Source of the DNA: Candidatus Muiribacterium halophilum
Lineage (GTDB): Bacteria; Muiribacteriota; Muiribacteriia; Muiribacteriales; Muiribacteriaceae
DNA length: 64,000 nt
Reading direction: 5' to 3'
Assembly (NCBI GenBank): GCA_002869225.1
Contig: PKTG01000107.1
Span: 9,623 to 73,622, forward strand
Shown: in pieces, positions 30,271 to 40,286 of the stretch
How positions within the stretch are numbered: position 1 is the stretch's first letter
Layout of the letters: the number at the start of each line of letters is the position of its first letter
The notes under the pieces: model-generated
Seen by the model: only the letters and a program-made list of their open reading frames with translations
Databases searched by the model: none
What the model was told of the DNA's origin: nothing
Made by a program: the position numbers and the translations under genes

Positions 30271-31299
30271 ATGAATAAGAAGAACTTAATATATGTATTA
30301 ATTATTTTATCTATAGTAATAGTATTAGCAGGTGAAGCTAATACAGAAAAGGATACTCTTGATTATTTTCAAAGAAGAGGATTCGTAAAGACCTCTTATA
30401 TCTTGTTACAGAACGAGACTATTAGACCAATCGAAAAAGCTCAGATAATAAGCGAGATATGTACTAGATTGTTTTTTTATGATCAGCAGACTGATATAGA
30501 TGCTGTTAGATTGTATAGTCTATACAAGATGGTTCAAAAATATCGTCTTGAGATAACTACAGTTGATCTTATAGATGTAGACGGTGCCATTAAAAAGTTA
30601 AAACATATAATTGATAATTCGGGAAGTCTTAACCAGGGATATAAGTTTGATAATAAAAAGGGTGTATCAGCTTATGAACTTGAAAAAAGAGTATTAAATA
30701 AAGATATTAAAGAGAAAAAGCCGTTATTGAAAAAATATACTCCTTACGAAGCCTGGTACTATGATTTGAAAGGTATATCTTATTTTCAGGCTAACATGAC
30801 ACTTTATAGACCTTCCACCGATCTTTCATATGTTGCCGACGATGAACTTATGTTTTCAGCAGCTTTTGGATATTACATAAAAATAGATACTGCTTTTGAA
30901 CTAAGAAGGTTTTATTATAGTTATTATGAAAGAAGGAATTATTTTGGAAATACCGTAAGTAGATATGGTACAAGGGTAGAACCATTATCCTTTACTCTAA
31001 AAAAGGATTATTTTCAGGGGAAGGTTCATAAACTTTATTTCGGTTATGGTCTTACAAGAATGAAAACAGAGCATATAGCAGAATCAAATCGAAGAGAAAA
31101 AGTAGAAGATTCATATATTTGTCCACATATCCTCTGGGGAACTGATGTATATTCAAGAAAAAAATATGCTCTAAACTTTGAGATGTTATACTTTATAAAT
31201 GCTAATGGAAGTATGAACGTAAGAGGTATAGATTATAATATAAAGACAGATGATGTACTTATGTTCTTTGGTATGAAGTTCTATTTCTCAGATAAATAA
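30271..31299 (+). CDS. hypothetical secreted/outer-membrane protein
   Basis: Signal-anchor N-terminus. Tyr/Phe-rich C-terminal half. AAGGAG RBS. Confidence 0.5.
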   Translation: MNKKNLIYVLIILSIVIVLAGEANTEKDTLDYFQRRGFVKTSYILLQNETIRPIEKAQIISEICTRLFFYDQQTDIDAVRLYSLYKMVQKYRLEITTVDLIDVDGAIKKLKHIIDNSGSLNQGYKFDNKKGVSAYELEKRVLNKDIKEKKPLLKKYTPYEAWYYDLKGISYFQANMTLYRPSTDLSYVADDELMFSAAFGYYIKIDTAFELRRFYYSYYERRNYFGNTVSRYGTRVEPLSFTLKKDYFQGKVHKLYFGYGLTRMKTEHIAESNRREKVEDSYICPHILWGTDVYSRKKYALNFEMLYFINANGSMNVRGIDYNIKTDDVLMFFGMKFYFSDK

Positions 31300-31301
31300 A
31301 A

Positions 31302-31368
31302 AAACAGGGGTTAGGGATTAGGATTTAGTGATTAGTTTAAATCACACTTTACCCATTACGCTTCACGC
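31302..31368 (-). repeat. intergenic mosaic repeat E (inverted relative to A/B)
   Basis: The reverse complement of 31304-31325 (CCTAATCCCTAACCCCTGTTTT) differs at 1 of 22 positions (21/22) from the tail of repeat B at 42954-42975. Followed by the ACGCTT-type tract CATTACGCTTCACGCTT. Confidence 0.8.
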
Positions 31369-32472
31369 TTATTTCTTTATAGGGACTTTGATATCAAACA
31401 CCGATATCTCTGGTCTTGAAAGTACTCTGATAGGAGGACCCCATGTTCCGGTTCCTGCTGATATATAAAAATGAAAATCTTTTTCCAGATCATACATTCC
31501 TTTCAGAAAACCATATCTTTTAAAAACGAAGAAACCAAAAGGAAAGACCTGACCTCCATGAGAATGACCACTAAGTTGAAGATGTGGTTTCTTTTTATAT
31601 TTGTATGGGACAGGTTGATGTTTTAAAAGCACGAGCATCTTTTCTTTTTTATCATATTTTTGAAAGATATCAGGATAGTTTGAGGTTGATCGTTCATAAC
31701 GACCTGTTACTGCAGGATCATCAACCCCCCCGATTATCAGGTTTTTATAAGCTTCAACAGTTCTCTGTTGTATTATCTTAAACCCGCCGTCTTTTATTAT
31801 CTGTATATTTCGATCAAGGCCAGAGTAAACCTCGTGATTTCCAAGTACTGCATATTTTCCTATCTTTGCATCAAAGTCCTTAAATATAGATGAGATCTCT
31901 TTGTCACCACCGGTAAGCCCGTCTAAAAGATCTCCTGTTGAGACAACTATATCAGGATCTGTAGTGTTTGAAAGATCTTTGATCTTTGTTAAAAAAGCCT
32001 TGTTTCTTAACATGTCAATATGTACATCTGAAATCTGGGTGATCCTGATATTTTTTGTCTGGACATCTGGAAAATCATTGATCTCAAACCTGTTTATTTG
32101 AATAAGGTCTTTTTCAACACTTCCATAAAGTACAAAAAGAGAAAGCAATGTAAGAGAAATATAAAAATTCCTGTCTGCAGAATATAGGTGGATCAATTTT
32201 GTAATACCAATCGTCAATAGATGAAAAAATGGAAATAAGAAAGAGTAAACCATTAAAAAATATCCAGTTATATGAAAAAAAAGTGAAAGACTTGATATTC
32301 CCTTGCTAAGAAATATTCTTTGAAAAAGTGGAAAATACATCGCTATAAACAAAAATGTTCCCAATATCCACAATGATCTTGTATTAAGAGAAAAAGCTTT
32401 TTTTATAGCTAAGAAAAGATATGTCTGAAACAAAGCATATATAGTTGAGTAAAAAAGCAAAAAGTATATCAT
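31369..32472 (-). CDS. membrane-anchored metallophosphoesterase (YkuE-like)
   Basis: Multi-TM N-terminus. ISDVHID, GDLLDG, GNHE and GHSHGGQ phosphoesterase motifs. Confidence 0.85.
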   Translation of the reverse strand: MIYFLLFYSTIYALFQTYLFLAIKKAFSLNTRSLWILGTFLFIAMYFPLFQRIFLSKGISSLSLFFHITGYFLMVYSFLFPFFHLLTIGITKLIHLYSADRNFYISLTLLSLFVLYGSVEKDLIQINRFEINDFPDVQTKNIRITQISDVHIDMLRNKAFLTKIKDLSNTTDPDIVVSTGDLLDGLTGGDKEISSIFKDFDAKIGKYAVLGNHEVYSGLDRNIQIIKDGGFKIIQQRTVEAYKNLIIGGVDDPAVTGRYERSTSNYPDIFQKYDKKEKMLVLLKHQPVPYKYKKKPHLQLSGHSHGGQVFPFGFFVFKRYGFLKGMYDLEKDFHFYISAGTGTWGPPIRVLSRPEISVFDIKVPIKK

Positions 32473-32642
32473 CTAAATGTCTGTCTCCTTATACTTGAAT
32501 TGGATGACGCACTCTAATCATACTATTCAATTCTTTTTTTAACAAGTATAGATAACTTTTTCAGGCTTATTGTTGATACTAAATTTTTTAAAAATATGAG
32601 TTTTGATATATAATAAAAAAAAATAATTACAGGAGAAGTATT

Positions 32643-34910
32643 ATGGGAGTTGGCAAATCTGTTATCAGAGTTGATTCAGTTGAAAAAGTCACGGGAAGAT
32701 CTAAATATGTTGAAGATATCTATATGTCTGGTATGCTTCATGCCTATGTATTCAGATCCCCAGTATCTCATGGCGTTATAAAGAGACTTGATGTTGAAAA
32801 AGCAAAAGAGTGTGAAGGTATACATGGAATATTCACCTGGAAAGATGTTCCGGGAAAGAATATTATACATGTCATATACGATGATCAGATCTTTCTTGCA
32901 AAGGATAGAGTTTTGTATCAGGGGCAGCCAATAGCTGTAATAGCGGCGAAGACCCCTGAGAAAGCTCGAGAAGCAGCTAAGCTTATAGAAATTGAGATTG
33001 AAAAACAAACACCTCTTGTTGATTTCGAACAATCAAAAGGTTCCGACATAAAGATCTATGGTGATGATAATGTCTTCTGTTCATTTAAAGTAAAACGTGG
33101 AGATATAAAGGAAGCGATTAAAAACGAGGATCTGATAAAGGTCGAGGACACATATTATACGCAGCATCAGGAACATGCTTATCTCGAACCGCAGGGTGCT
33201 ATAGTATATTGGGAAAATGATACCCTTACTATTAGAGGTTCGATGCAGGCTCCATTTTATGTGCAGCAGGCTCTTACAGAAGTGTTGAATATGAAAAAGT
33301 CTCGAATCAGGGTGATACAACAAACAACTGGTGGAGCTTTTGGTGGAAAAGAGGATGTTCCAAATATCGTATGTGCACAGGCTGCAATATGTGCTTATCA
33401 TCTTAAAGTACCGGTTAGAATGGTATATGAAAGAGATGAGGATATGATGACTATGTCCAAGAGACATCCTGGTAGAACAAAGATCTCACTATACTGTGAT
33501 AAAAACGGATTCTTCAAAGCTATTAAAGGAGAATATCTGGAAAACGCCGGAGCTTTTTCTACTTTGACTCCTGCTGTGCTTTATAGAGGAACGGTTCATC
33601 TTACAGGACCATATAATATAGATAATGTTGATGTTATTGGTGAAGCTGTAGCTACTAATACTGTCCCAAACGGAGCTTATAGAGGTTTTGGATCTCCACA
33701 GGTCATATTTGCTATGGAATCTATAATAGATACAATGGCGAAAAAGCTTAATATGGACCCGGTGAGACTAAGAGAGATAAACCTTCTTAAACCAGGTGAA
33801 AAGACCTGTACAGGACAGATAGTAGATGATTCTATGGGTATGCAGGAAGTCTTCAAAAAATGTGTTAAAGAGTCAGATTATTTTAAAAGAAAAGAAGAGA
33901 TAGAGAAATATAATGAAGAAAACGAGTTTTATAAAAGAGGTCTTGGTGTGTCTACATTATATTATGGTGTAGGACTTGGAGCTGCCGGAAAACATATGTC
34001 CCGTTGTGCAGCAGTAGTCAAGATAGATGGAGATGGTTCTATGACGGTCTCCGTTGGTATAACAGAGATGGGACAGGGACTAAGGACAGTAGCTGCTCAG
34101 ATGACAGCGGAAGCATTTGGAGTTGATGAAGATCTTGTCGTAGTATCAGAGATAGACACCTCAAGAATAATGGATACTGGACCTACGGTAGCATCAAGAG
34201 GAACAATTACCGCAGGTTGGGGAATAGTACAGGCAACAGGTAGGATAAAGAAGAGGATTCATAAGTTTCTTGAGAAAAAATATAAAGAAAGATTTGAAGA
34301 TGTGCATTATAGAGATGGAAAAGTCTACTTTGGTAAAAATGAGATGGATTTTCATGAACTAATAGATTTGTGTACATCTGAAAAGGTCAGATTGCATGAG
34401 ACGGCTCTTGATATGCCGCCAGAATGCACTTTTGATGATAACGGACAGGGAGAGGCTTATTTTGTTTACGCATGGGCTATGAACGTGGTAGAGACAAAAG
34501 TCAATCTTTTGACAGGCGAGGTAGACATAATCAAAGCTCATTGCTGCCATGATGTTGGTAAGGCAGTTAATCCTAGAGAAGTAAAAGGTCAGATAATGGG
34601 AGGTTCTCTTCAGGGTCTAGGATATGGACTCATGGAAAACATGCAATTATCATCATCTGGTTCCCTGCTTACAAGAAACTTCTCTACTTATACTATTCCG
34701 ACCTCATGTGATTATCCTGAGTTTATTCCTCTGATCGTCGAATCAGAGTATTCAAAGGGGCCTTATGGTGCAAAAGGTTTTGCAGAGCAACCACTTATGG
34801 GTATGGCGCCTGCACTTACAAATTCGATTCGAGACGCATGTGATATTCATCTTAAGAATATACCTGCCACACCTGAAAGAGTTTATAAGCTTCTTATGGA
34901 GGAAAAATGA
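32643..34910 (+). CDS. molybdopterin-binding large subunit of a xanthine dehydrogenase / aldehyde oxidoreductase family enzyme
   Basis: 755 aa. GGAFGGKED, YRGFGSPQ, and GFAEQP near the C-terminus. Confidence 0.9.
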   Translation: MGVGKSVIRVDSVEKVTGRSKYVEDIYMSGMLHAYVFRSPVSHGVIKRLDVEKAKECEGIHGIFTWKDVPGKNIIHVIYDDQIFLAKDRVLYQGQPIAVIAAKTPEKAREAAKLIEIEIEKQTPLVDFEQSKGSDIKIYGDDNVFCSFKVKRGDIKEAIKNEDLIKVEDTYYTQHQEHAYLEPQGAIVYWENDTLTIRGSMQAPFYVQQALTEVLNMKKSRIRVIQQTTGGAFGGKEDVPNIVCAQAAICAYHLKVPVRMVYERDEDMMTMSKRHPGRTKISLYCDKNGFFKAIKGEYLENAGAFSTLTPAVLYRGTVHLTGPYNIDNVDVIGEAVATNTVPNGAYRGFGSPQVIFAMESIIDTMAKKLNMDPVRLREINLLKPGEKTCTGQIVDDSMGMQEVFKKCVKESDYFKRKEEIEKYNEENEFYKRGLGVSTLYYGVGLGAAGKHMSRCAAVVKIDGDGSMTVSVGITEMGQGLRTVAAQMTAEAFGVDEDLVVVSEIDTSRIMDTGPTVASRGTITAGWGIVQATGRIKKRIHKFLEKKYKERFEDVHYRDGKVYFGKNEMDFHELIDLCTSEKVRLHETALDMPPECTFDDNGQGEAYFVYAWAMNVVETKVNLLTGEVDIIKAHCCHDVGKAVNPREVKGQIMGGSLQGLGYGLMENMQLSSSGSLLTRNFSTYTIPTSCDYPEFIPLIVESEYSKGPYGAKGFAEQPLMGMAPALTNSIRDACDIHLKNIPATPERVYKLLMEEK

Positions 34911-35371
34911 AAATAGAATTCAGACTTAATGGAAAAGATGTGAGTTGTGATGTTCCGGAAAATTATACGCTTCTTAGGATGATAAGAGAGGTTTTTGGTC
35001 TTACAGGTACTAAAAAGGGTTGTGATCAGGGAGAATGTGGAGCTTGTACAGTGCTTATGGATAAAAAAGCTGTTACTTCATGTACAGTTCTAGCTCCTGT
35101 TGTTAATGGAAAGGATATTATAACTATAGAAGGTATTGAAAAAGATGGAAAGATGCATATCATTCAGGAGAAGATGGTAGAAGCCGGTGCTGTACAATGT
35201 GGATTCTGTACGCCGGGAATGGTGATGTCAGCATATGCTCTTTTTATTCAGGATAAGCATTTCACAAGAGAAGATATTAAAAAAGCAATTGCAGGAAATC
35301 TATGTAGATGTACTGGTTATGAGTTTATAATAGACGGTATTGAAAAAGCTCTTGAAAGTAGAGGAAAATAG
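34907..35371 (+). CDS. [2Fe-2S] small subunit of the molybdenum hydroxylase
   Basis: CDQGECGACTV and CGFCTPG..CRCTGY cluster motifs. 154 aa. Confidence 0.9.
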   Translation: MKIEFRLNGKDVSCDVPENYTLLRMIREVFGLTGTKKGCDQGECGACTVLMDKKAVTSCTVLAPVVNGKDIITIEGIEKDGKMHIIQEKMVEAGAVQCGFCTPGMVMSAYALFIQDKHFTREDIKKAIAGNLCRCTGYEFIIDGIEKALESRGK

Positions 35372-36142
35372 ATGCATAAGAAGATAAACGAACTTATGGA
35401 AAAAAAGATACCTTTTTCCTTATGTACAGTTGTATGGACAGAAGGTTCTACTCCGTCAAGAGTCGGTATGAAGATGATAGTTAAAGATGAGGATGATATC
35501 GAAGGTACTATTGGTGGTGGTAGTATAGAAAAAAATGTAATAAAAAAAGCCGTTGAATATCTTAAAGAAGGAAAAAAAGGCAAAGAACGATTTACTCTTT
35601 CTGATATCGATATGAAATGTGGTGGAGATGTTGAGGTCTTTATTGAGAGTTTTGTATCTCTCCCAAGAATAGTAATAGCTGGTGCCGGCCATATTGGTAG
35701 AGAACTTTTGAATATACTAAGATCAAATGAGCAGTTTATTGTAAAAGCTTTTGATAACAGAAAGGAAAACGCTAAGCAGCTTTCTACGGAATTTGATGTA
35801 GATTACCTTGAGGATTTCAATGGTCTTGAAAATTGTCTTAAAAAAGATGATTATCTTGTCGTACTTACTCATGGACATGAGTTTGATTATAAAGTAGTAA
35901 AAGCTGGTTGTGATTTTAAGTATCTTAAATATTTAGGATGTATTGGGAGCAGACACAAAGTAAAAGATATGCTAAATCGTCTGATAAAAGAAGGTATTGA
36001 TAAAAATCTTGTTGATAATGTCAACACACCAATAGGGCTCAAAATTGGTGGAGATTCCCCTTTTGAGATAGCGATTTCAATATTGGCGGAGATAATATCT
36101 ATAAAAAATTCGGAGGAAACAGGATGCTCAATGAAAATCTGA
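35372..36142 (+). CDS. xdhC: XdhC/CoxI-family molybdenum cofactor insertion chaperone
   Basis: N-terminal ..TEGSTPSRVGMKMIV. Rossmann-like IAGAGHIGREL. Confidence 0.8.
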   Translation: MHKKINELMEKKIPFSLCTVVWTEGSTPSRVGMKMIVKDEDDIEGTIGGGSIEKNVIKKAVEYLKEGKKGKERFTLSDIDMKCGGDVEVFIESFVSLPRIVIAGAGHIGRELLNILRSNEQFIVKAFDNRKENAKQLSTEFDVDYLEDFNGLENCLKKDDYLVVLTHGHEFDYKVVKAGCDFKYLKYLGCIGSRHKVKDMLNRLIKEGIDKNLVDNVNTPIGLKIGGDSPFEIAISILAEIISIKNSEETGCSMKI

Positions 36143-36981
36143 TCTTTAAAAAAGCAAATGATATGAGTGATATATTCACATATTTAAAGGAAGGTCATCT
36201 GCCATTTTCAGGTGGCACTGATGTTCTGATAAAATTAAAAGAAGGCTTTTTAAAGAACAATAAAGTCGTATATATAGGTGATGTACCTCAGCTAAGAGGG
36301 ATAAGTATAGTAAATGATAAAGTGGTTATTGGAAGTGCTGAAAAGATAACCAACATAATTGAGTTCTTCGAGGAAAAGAATATATTCCCAGCCTTAAAAA
36401 ATGCTCTGCTTACTATTGGATCTGTTCAGATAAGGAATCAGGCAACTTTAGGTGGTAATCTCGGAAACTGTTCTCCTGTAGCAGATTCTATACCAATGTT
36501 GATGTGTCTAGACGCCGTTGTCAATCTCGTGTCTTCAGAAAATAAAAGAAAACTCCCTTTGGTGGATTTTCCAAAAGGTGTATGTCAGAATGCTCTTTTA
36601 ACAGGTGAGATAATCCATTCTATCGAGATACCTTTAAGTGAATCTAAAAATATTCAATTCTATAGGAAATTTGGACAGAGAAAAGAGGTAGCAATTCAAA
36701 AATGTTCAGTTGGTGCATATATTGAGATAGAAAAAGATATTGTGAAAGATGCAAGAATAGCTATTGGAGCTGTATATACAAGGGCTTTAAGGGTGGACGA
36801 TGCTGAAAGTTATCTTAATGGAAAATCTTTAAGTGAGGATGTAATAAAGGAAGCTGCAACGCTTATAAGCGCGGCTTCCAAACCAATAACTGATATAAGA
36901 TCAGATGAGGAATACAGAAAGGTTATGGTTGGTAATGGTTTTTATGAGGAGATGTTAAAAGCTGTGAAAAGTGAGAAGTGA
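36124..36981 (+). CDS. FAD-binding (CO dehydrogenase flavoprotein-like) medium subunit
   Basis: SGGTDVLIKLK, ATLGGNLGN, and a C-terminal CO_deh_flav_C-like TDIRSDEEYR. Confidence 0.85.
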   Translation: MLNENLIFKKANDMSDIFTYLKEGHLPFSGGTDVLIKLKEGFLKNNKVVYIGDVPQLRGISIVNDKVVIGSAEKITNIIEFFEEKNIFPALKNALLTIGSVQIRNQATLGGNLGNCSPVADSIPMLMCLDAVVNLVSSENKRKLPLVDFPKGVCQNALLTGEIIHSIEIPLSESKNIQFYRKFGQRKEVAIQKCSVGAYIEIEKDIVKDARIAIGAVYTRALRVDDAESYLNGKSLSEDVIKEAATLISAASKPITDIRSDEEYRKVMVGNGFYEEMLKAVKSEK

Positions 36982-36991
36982 AAAGTGAATA
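36964..36991 (+). repeat. four tandem heptads GTGAAAA GTGAGAA GTGAAAA GTGAATA
   Basis: Read directly. Spans the TGA stop (36979-36981) of the FAD subunit gene and ends 11 nt before the next ATG. Confidence 0.85.
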
Positions 36992-37001
36992 GGGAGCAAA
37001 T

Positions 37002-38372
37002 ATGAAAAAATATGATGCTATAATCATTGGCGCTGGTCCTGCAGGTCTTTTTGCAGCTTATGAGCTGAGAGACAAAAAAGTACTTGTAATCGATGAAGGT
37101 AAATCCCCCCAAAAAAGAAACTGTCCTGTCAAACTGGATAAGGAATGTATTAATTGTAATCCTTGCGATATAATGTCTGGTGTTGGTGGCGCTGGTCTTT
37201 TTTCTGATGGAAAACTAAATTTCATTCACAAACTTGGAAAGACAGACCTGACAAGATTTCTTCCTGTTGATAAATGTCATGAACTTATAAAAGAGACTGA
37301 GGAAGTCTTTAATAAGTTTAAAATGGATGGGAAAGTGTATCCAACAGATATGAAACAGGCTATTAAAGTTAGACAGAAAGCATTAAAAGCAGGTATTGAT
37401 CTTTTACTTATAAAACAAAAGCATCTTGGTTCTGATATGCTTCCCGGATATATAAATGACATGATGGTATTTCTCGAAAAGAATGGTGTAGAGTTTATGC
37501 TTGGGAAAAAAGTCTCTTCACTTGATACAGAAAAAGATGTCATAAAGGGTGTAATACTAAATGATGGAACAAATATAGGTAGTAAAAATGTGATAGCAGC
37601 TCCGGGAAGAGTCGGTGCGAAATGGTTTTATAAGGAATGCATAGAAAAAGGAGTAAAGGTAGACTTTCAACCTGTTGAAGTAGGCGTAAGAGTGGAAGTC
37701 CCTAACGAGATAATGGATGATATAACAGATGTAATATATGATCCTACCTTTTTCATCTACGGAGATACATTTGATGACCAGCTAAGGACTTTTTGTACTA
37801 ATCGTGGAGGTTTCGTTGCAAAGGAAAATTATCAGGATTTTGTATGTGTAAACGGACACGCTGAAATAAACAAGAAATCCTCAAATACAAACTTTGCTTT
37901 TCTAAGTAAGATAACCTTGACCGAACCTATAAACGATACTTTCAGATATGGTAAAGCTATTGGGAAACTGGCCTCTGTTATAGGTGGCGGAAAACCAATT
38001 CTTCAGAGATTTATAGATCTTAAAAAAGGAAGGAGAAGTACATGGCAGAGAATAAACAATGGTCATGTTCAACCTACTTTTACTGATGTTGTTCCAGGAG
38101 ATATAAGTATGGCTATGCCAAGAAGAATAGTCGAGAACCTTATAGATGGACTTGAAAAACTTGATAAAGTGATACCTGGAATAGCTTCTAATTCAACTCT
38201 TTTATACGCTCCTGAAATAAAATTCTTCTCAACTGAGATACATAATGAATGTCTTGAGACTATGATAAAAGGTCTTTATATAGCCGGAGATGGAGCAGGA
38301 GTTGCTGGAAACATCGTCAGTGCAGCAGCAACAGGTCTTCTTGCAGCTAAACGCTCGCTTGAAAATATGTAA
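37002..38372 (+). CDS. FAD-dependent oxidoreductase (COG2509-like)
   Basis: IIGAGPAGLFAA N-terminus. C-terminal GDGAGVAGNIVSAAATG. Confidence 0.75.
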   Translation: MKKYDAIIIGAGPAGLFAAYELRDKKVLVIDEGKSPQKRNCPVKLDKECINCNPCDIMSGVGGAGLFSDGKLNFIHKLGKTDLTRFLPVDKCHELIKETEEVFNKFKMDGKVYPTDMKQAIKVRQKALKAGIDLLLIKQKHLGSDMLPGYINDMMVFLEKNGVEFMLGKKVSSLDTEKDVIKGVILNDGTNIGSKNVIAAPGRVGAKWFYKECIEKGVKVDFQPVEVGVRVEVPNEIMDDITDVIYDPTFFIYGDTFDDQLRTFCTNRGGFVAKENYQDFVCVNGHAEINKKSSNTNFAFLSKITLTEPINDTFRYGKAIGKLASVIGGGKPILQRFIDLKKGRRSTWQRINNGHVQPTFTDVVPGDISMAMPRRIVENLIDGLEKLDKVIPGIASNSTLLYAPEIKFFSTEIHNECLETMIKGLYIAGDGAGVAGNIVSAAATGLLAAKRSLENM

Positions 38373-38392
38373 ATAGATATCAGGAGGTCTGA

Positions 38393-39745
38393 ATGAGTAC
38401 TTTTCTTTTAAAGAACATCTTTTTACCGAATGGAGATGAATTTAAAAAATGTGATCTTTTATTTAATGAAAAGATACTGGAGATCTCAGATGAAATTAAA
38501 TCAAAAAGCGAATATAAGATATTAGATTGTGATGGTTTTTATGCTATGCCTGGTTTTATTGATTCGCATGTTCATTTTAATACTCCGGGGTTTGAAAATC
38601 ACGAGACTTTTGAGAAAGGCTCTAGAAGTGCAATAAAAGGTGGAGTGACTTCTATTATAGATATGCCTTGTACATCGCTTCCACCGATAGTATCTAAAGA
38701 AGCTTTTTATGAAAAATTAAAAGTCATAAAAGATCAGGCTTACTGTGATTTTGCTTTTCATGGCGGAGTTGAGGCAACATTTTTTCAGGATGATGCTAAC
38801 CTGCGTAAGAATTTTGAAGAGATGATAGTTGCTGGAATCAAAGCGGTTAAGATATATACAGTATCAGGTATGGAGACCTTTAAGGAGCTTTCAAACAATC
38901 AGATGTTCGAAGTGTTTACGACTGCAGCTGAAATGAACCTTCCTGTAATGGTGCATGCTGAGGACCCATCGTTTGTCAGAGAACGAGAAGAAGAGATGAA
39001 AAAACAGAAAAGAAAAGACCCTAAGTCCTATGCATATTCAAGAAGTGTAGAGGCTGAACTTGTTGCTATTAACACCTGTGGTATACTTTCAAACCTTACG
39101 GGTGCAAGAGTACATATTGTTCATATTAGTAGTTATAAAGGAGTGCAGTTAGTCAAGATGTGGAGAGAACAGGGAGCAAAGATATCATGTGAGACCTGCC
39201 CACATTATATGGCTTTTGATATTTCAAGTCTAGAAAGAATGGGTGGTATATTAAAGACTGCACCTGTGGTGAAGAGTGAAAATGATTCAGAAGGATTATG
39301 GAAGGCATTTTCTCAAGGGGATATAAGTTTTATAACAACCGATCATGCGCCATGTGATCTTGAGACTGAGAAGAACACCGGCTCTATATGGACTGATTAT
39401 GGTGGAATACCTGGTGTTGAGACAATTTATAGTTATATTATTTCTGAAGGATTGCTTAAGGATAGGATAAGCCTTTCTGTGCTTACAGATAGTATAAAAA
39501 GAAGTGCATCATTATTTTCCCTGAATGACAAAGGAGAACTATTGCCAGGGAAGGATGCTGATATAACTATATGGGACTTTGATCACAAACATGAGGTCAA
39601 AGCAAAAGAGTTTGAAAGTACAGGTAAATACTCACCTTTTGATAAATGGATATTTTCATGTTCTTTAAAACGGGTCTTTTTAAGAGGAGAACTTGTAGTT
39701 GAAGATGAAAATATCCTCCAAAGGAAAGGGAAATATATCAAATGA
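38393..39745 (+). CDS. cyclic amidohydrolase (allantoinase / dihydroorotase / hydantoinase family)
   Basis: GFIDSHVHF metal motif, VHAED, HIVHISS, TTDHAPC. Confidence 0.8.
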   Translation: MSTFLLKNIFLPNGDEFKKCDLLFNEKILEISDEIKSKSEYKILDCDGFYAMPGFIDSHVHFNTPGFENHETFEKGSRSAIKGGVTSIIDMPCTSLPPIVSKEAFYEKLKVIKDQAYCDFAFHGGVEATFFQDDANLRKNFEEMIVAGIKAVKIYTVSGMETFKELSNNQMFEVFTTAAEMNLPVMVHAEDPSFVREREEEMKKQKRKDPKSYAYSRSVEAELVAINTCGILSNLTGARVHIVHISSYKGVQLVKMWREQGAKISCETCPHYMAFDISSLERMGGILKTAPVVKSENDSEGLWKAFSQGDISFITTDHAPCDLETEKNTGSIWTDYGGIPGVETIYSYIISEGLLKDRISLSVLTDSIKRSASLFSLNDKGELLPGKDADITIWDFDHKHEVKAKEFESTGKYSPFDKWIFSCSLKRVFLRGELVVEDENILQRKGKYIK

Positions 39746-40143
39746 ATGAGATGATAGAAAGAGGGAAAGTTTTTTTAAAGGGAAAAAGAATTGCTGTTAT
39801 CGGAGCAAAACAAAAAAAAGAAAAATGGGGTTATAAGATATACGATCTTCTTAAAAGTAAAGGATATAAGGTCTTTGGAGTAAATCCAAATGTAGATAAC
39901 ATAGATGGCGATAAAGTATACGACAGTCTAAGTAAGATAGATTCAAAAATAGATGGATTAGTATTAATAGTAAGTCCTGCTATTGGAATGAGCCTAAGTA
40001 AAGAGATCATAGATAAAAAGATCTCTATGGTTTGGATGCAACCGGGAGCCCAGTCAGATGAGCTTATAAGTGAGTTCGAGAAGAACAACATAATGACAGT
40101 TCACGATAATTGTATCAAGGTGCATTTGACTAGTTATAATTAA
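39742..40143 (+). CDS. CoA-binding domain protein (YccU-like)
   Basis: KRIAVIGAKQKKEKWGYKIY..GYKVFGVNP pattern. 133 aa. Confidence 0.7.
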   Translation: MNEMIERGKVFLKGKRIAVIGAKQKKEKWGYKIYDLLKSKGYKVFGVNPNVDNIDGDKVYDSLSKIDSKIDGLVLIVSPAIGMSLSKEIIDKKISMVWMQPGAQSDELISEFEKNNIMTVHDNCIKVHLTSYN

Positions 40144-40286
40144 ATCTCATATGTTCCCTTTTAATAGTAATAACCATCATATTTTCTAAATCCTACCAAG
40201 TAAATCCTATTTCATGAAAAAAGTTATTGAAATATATAGTATTGCCAATTATAATTAAAGAAATTAAAAAAACACTTGGGGGTAGT

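Noticed and set aside
31311-31328. TTAGGGATTAGGATTTAG as telomere-like TTAGGG repeats.
   Set aside because: There are only three degenerate units, embedded in the intergenic repeat family of an ordinary bacterial gene-dense region. Most likely a coincidental resemblance.
35369-35374. Same-frame TAG-ATG junction between the 2Fe-2S subunit and xdhC, and similar same-frame junctions at fliF/fliG (56634-56642) and fliH/fliI (58487-58495), as further read-through candidates.
   Set aside because: Each upstream protein ends at its canonical length and each downstream protein begins at its normal N-terminus. These are distinct families, so the same frame is expected by chance in one case in three.
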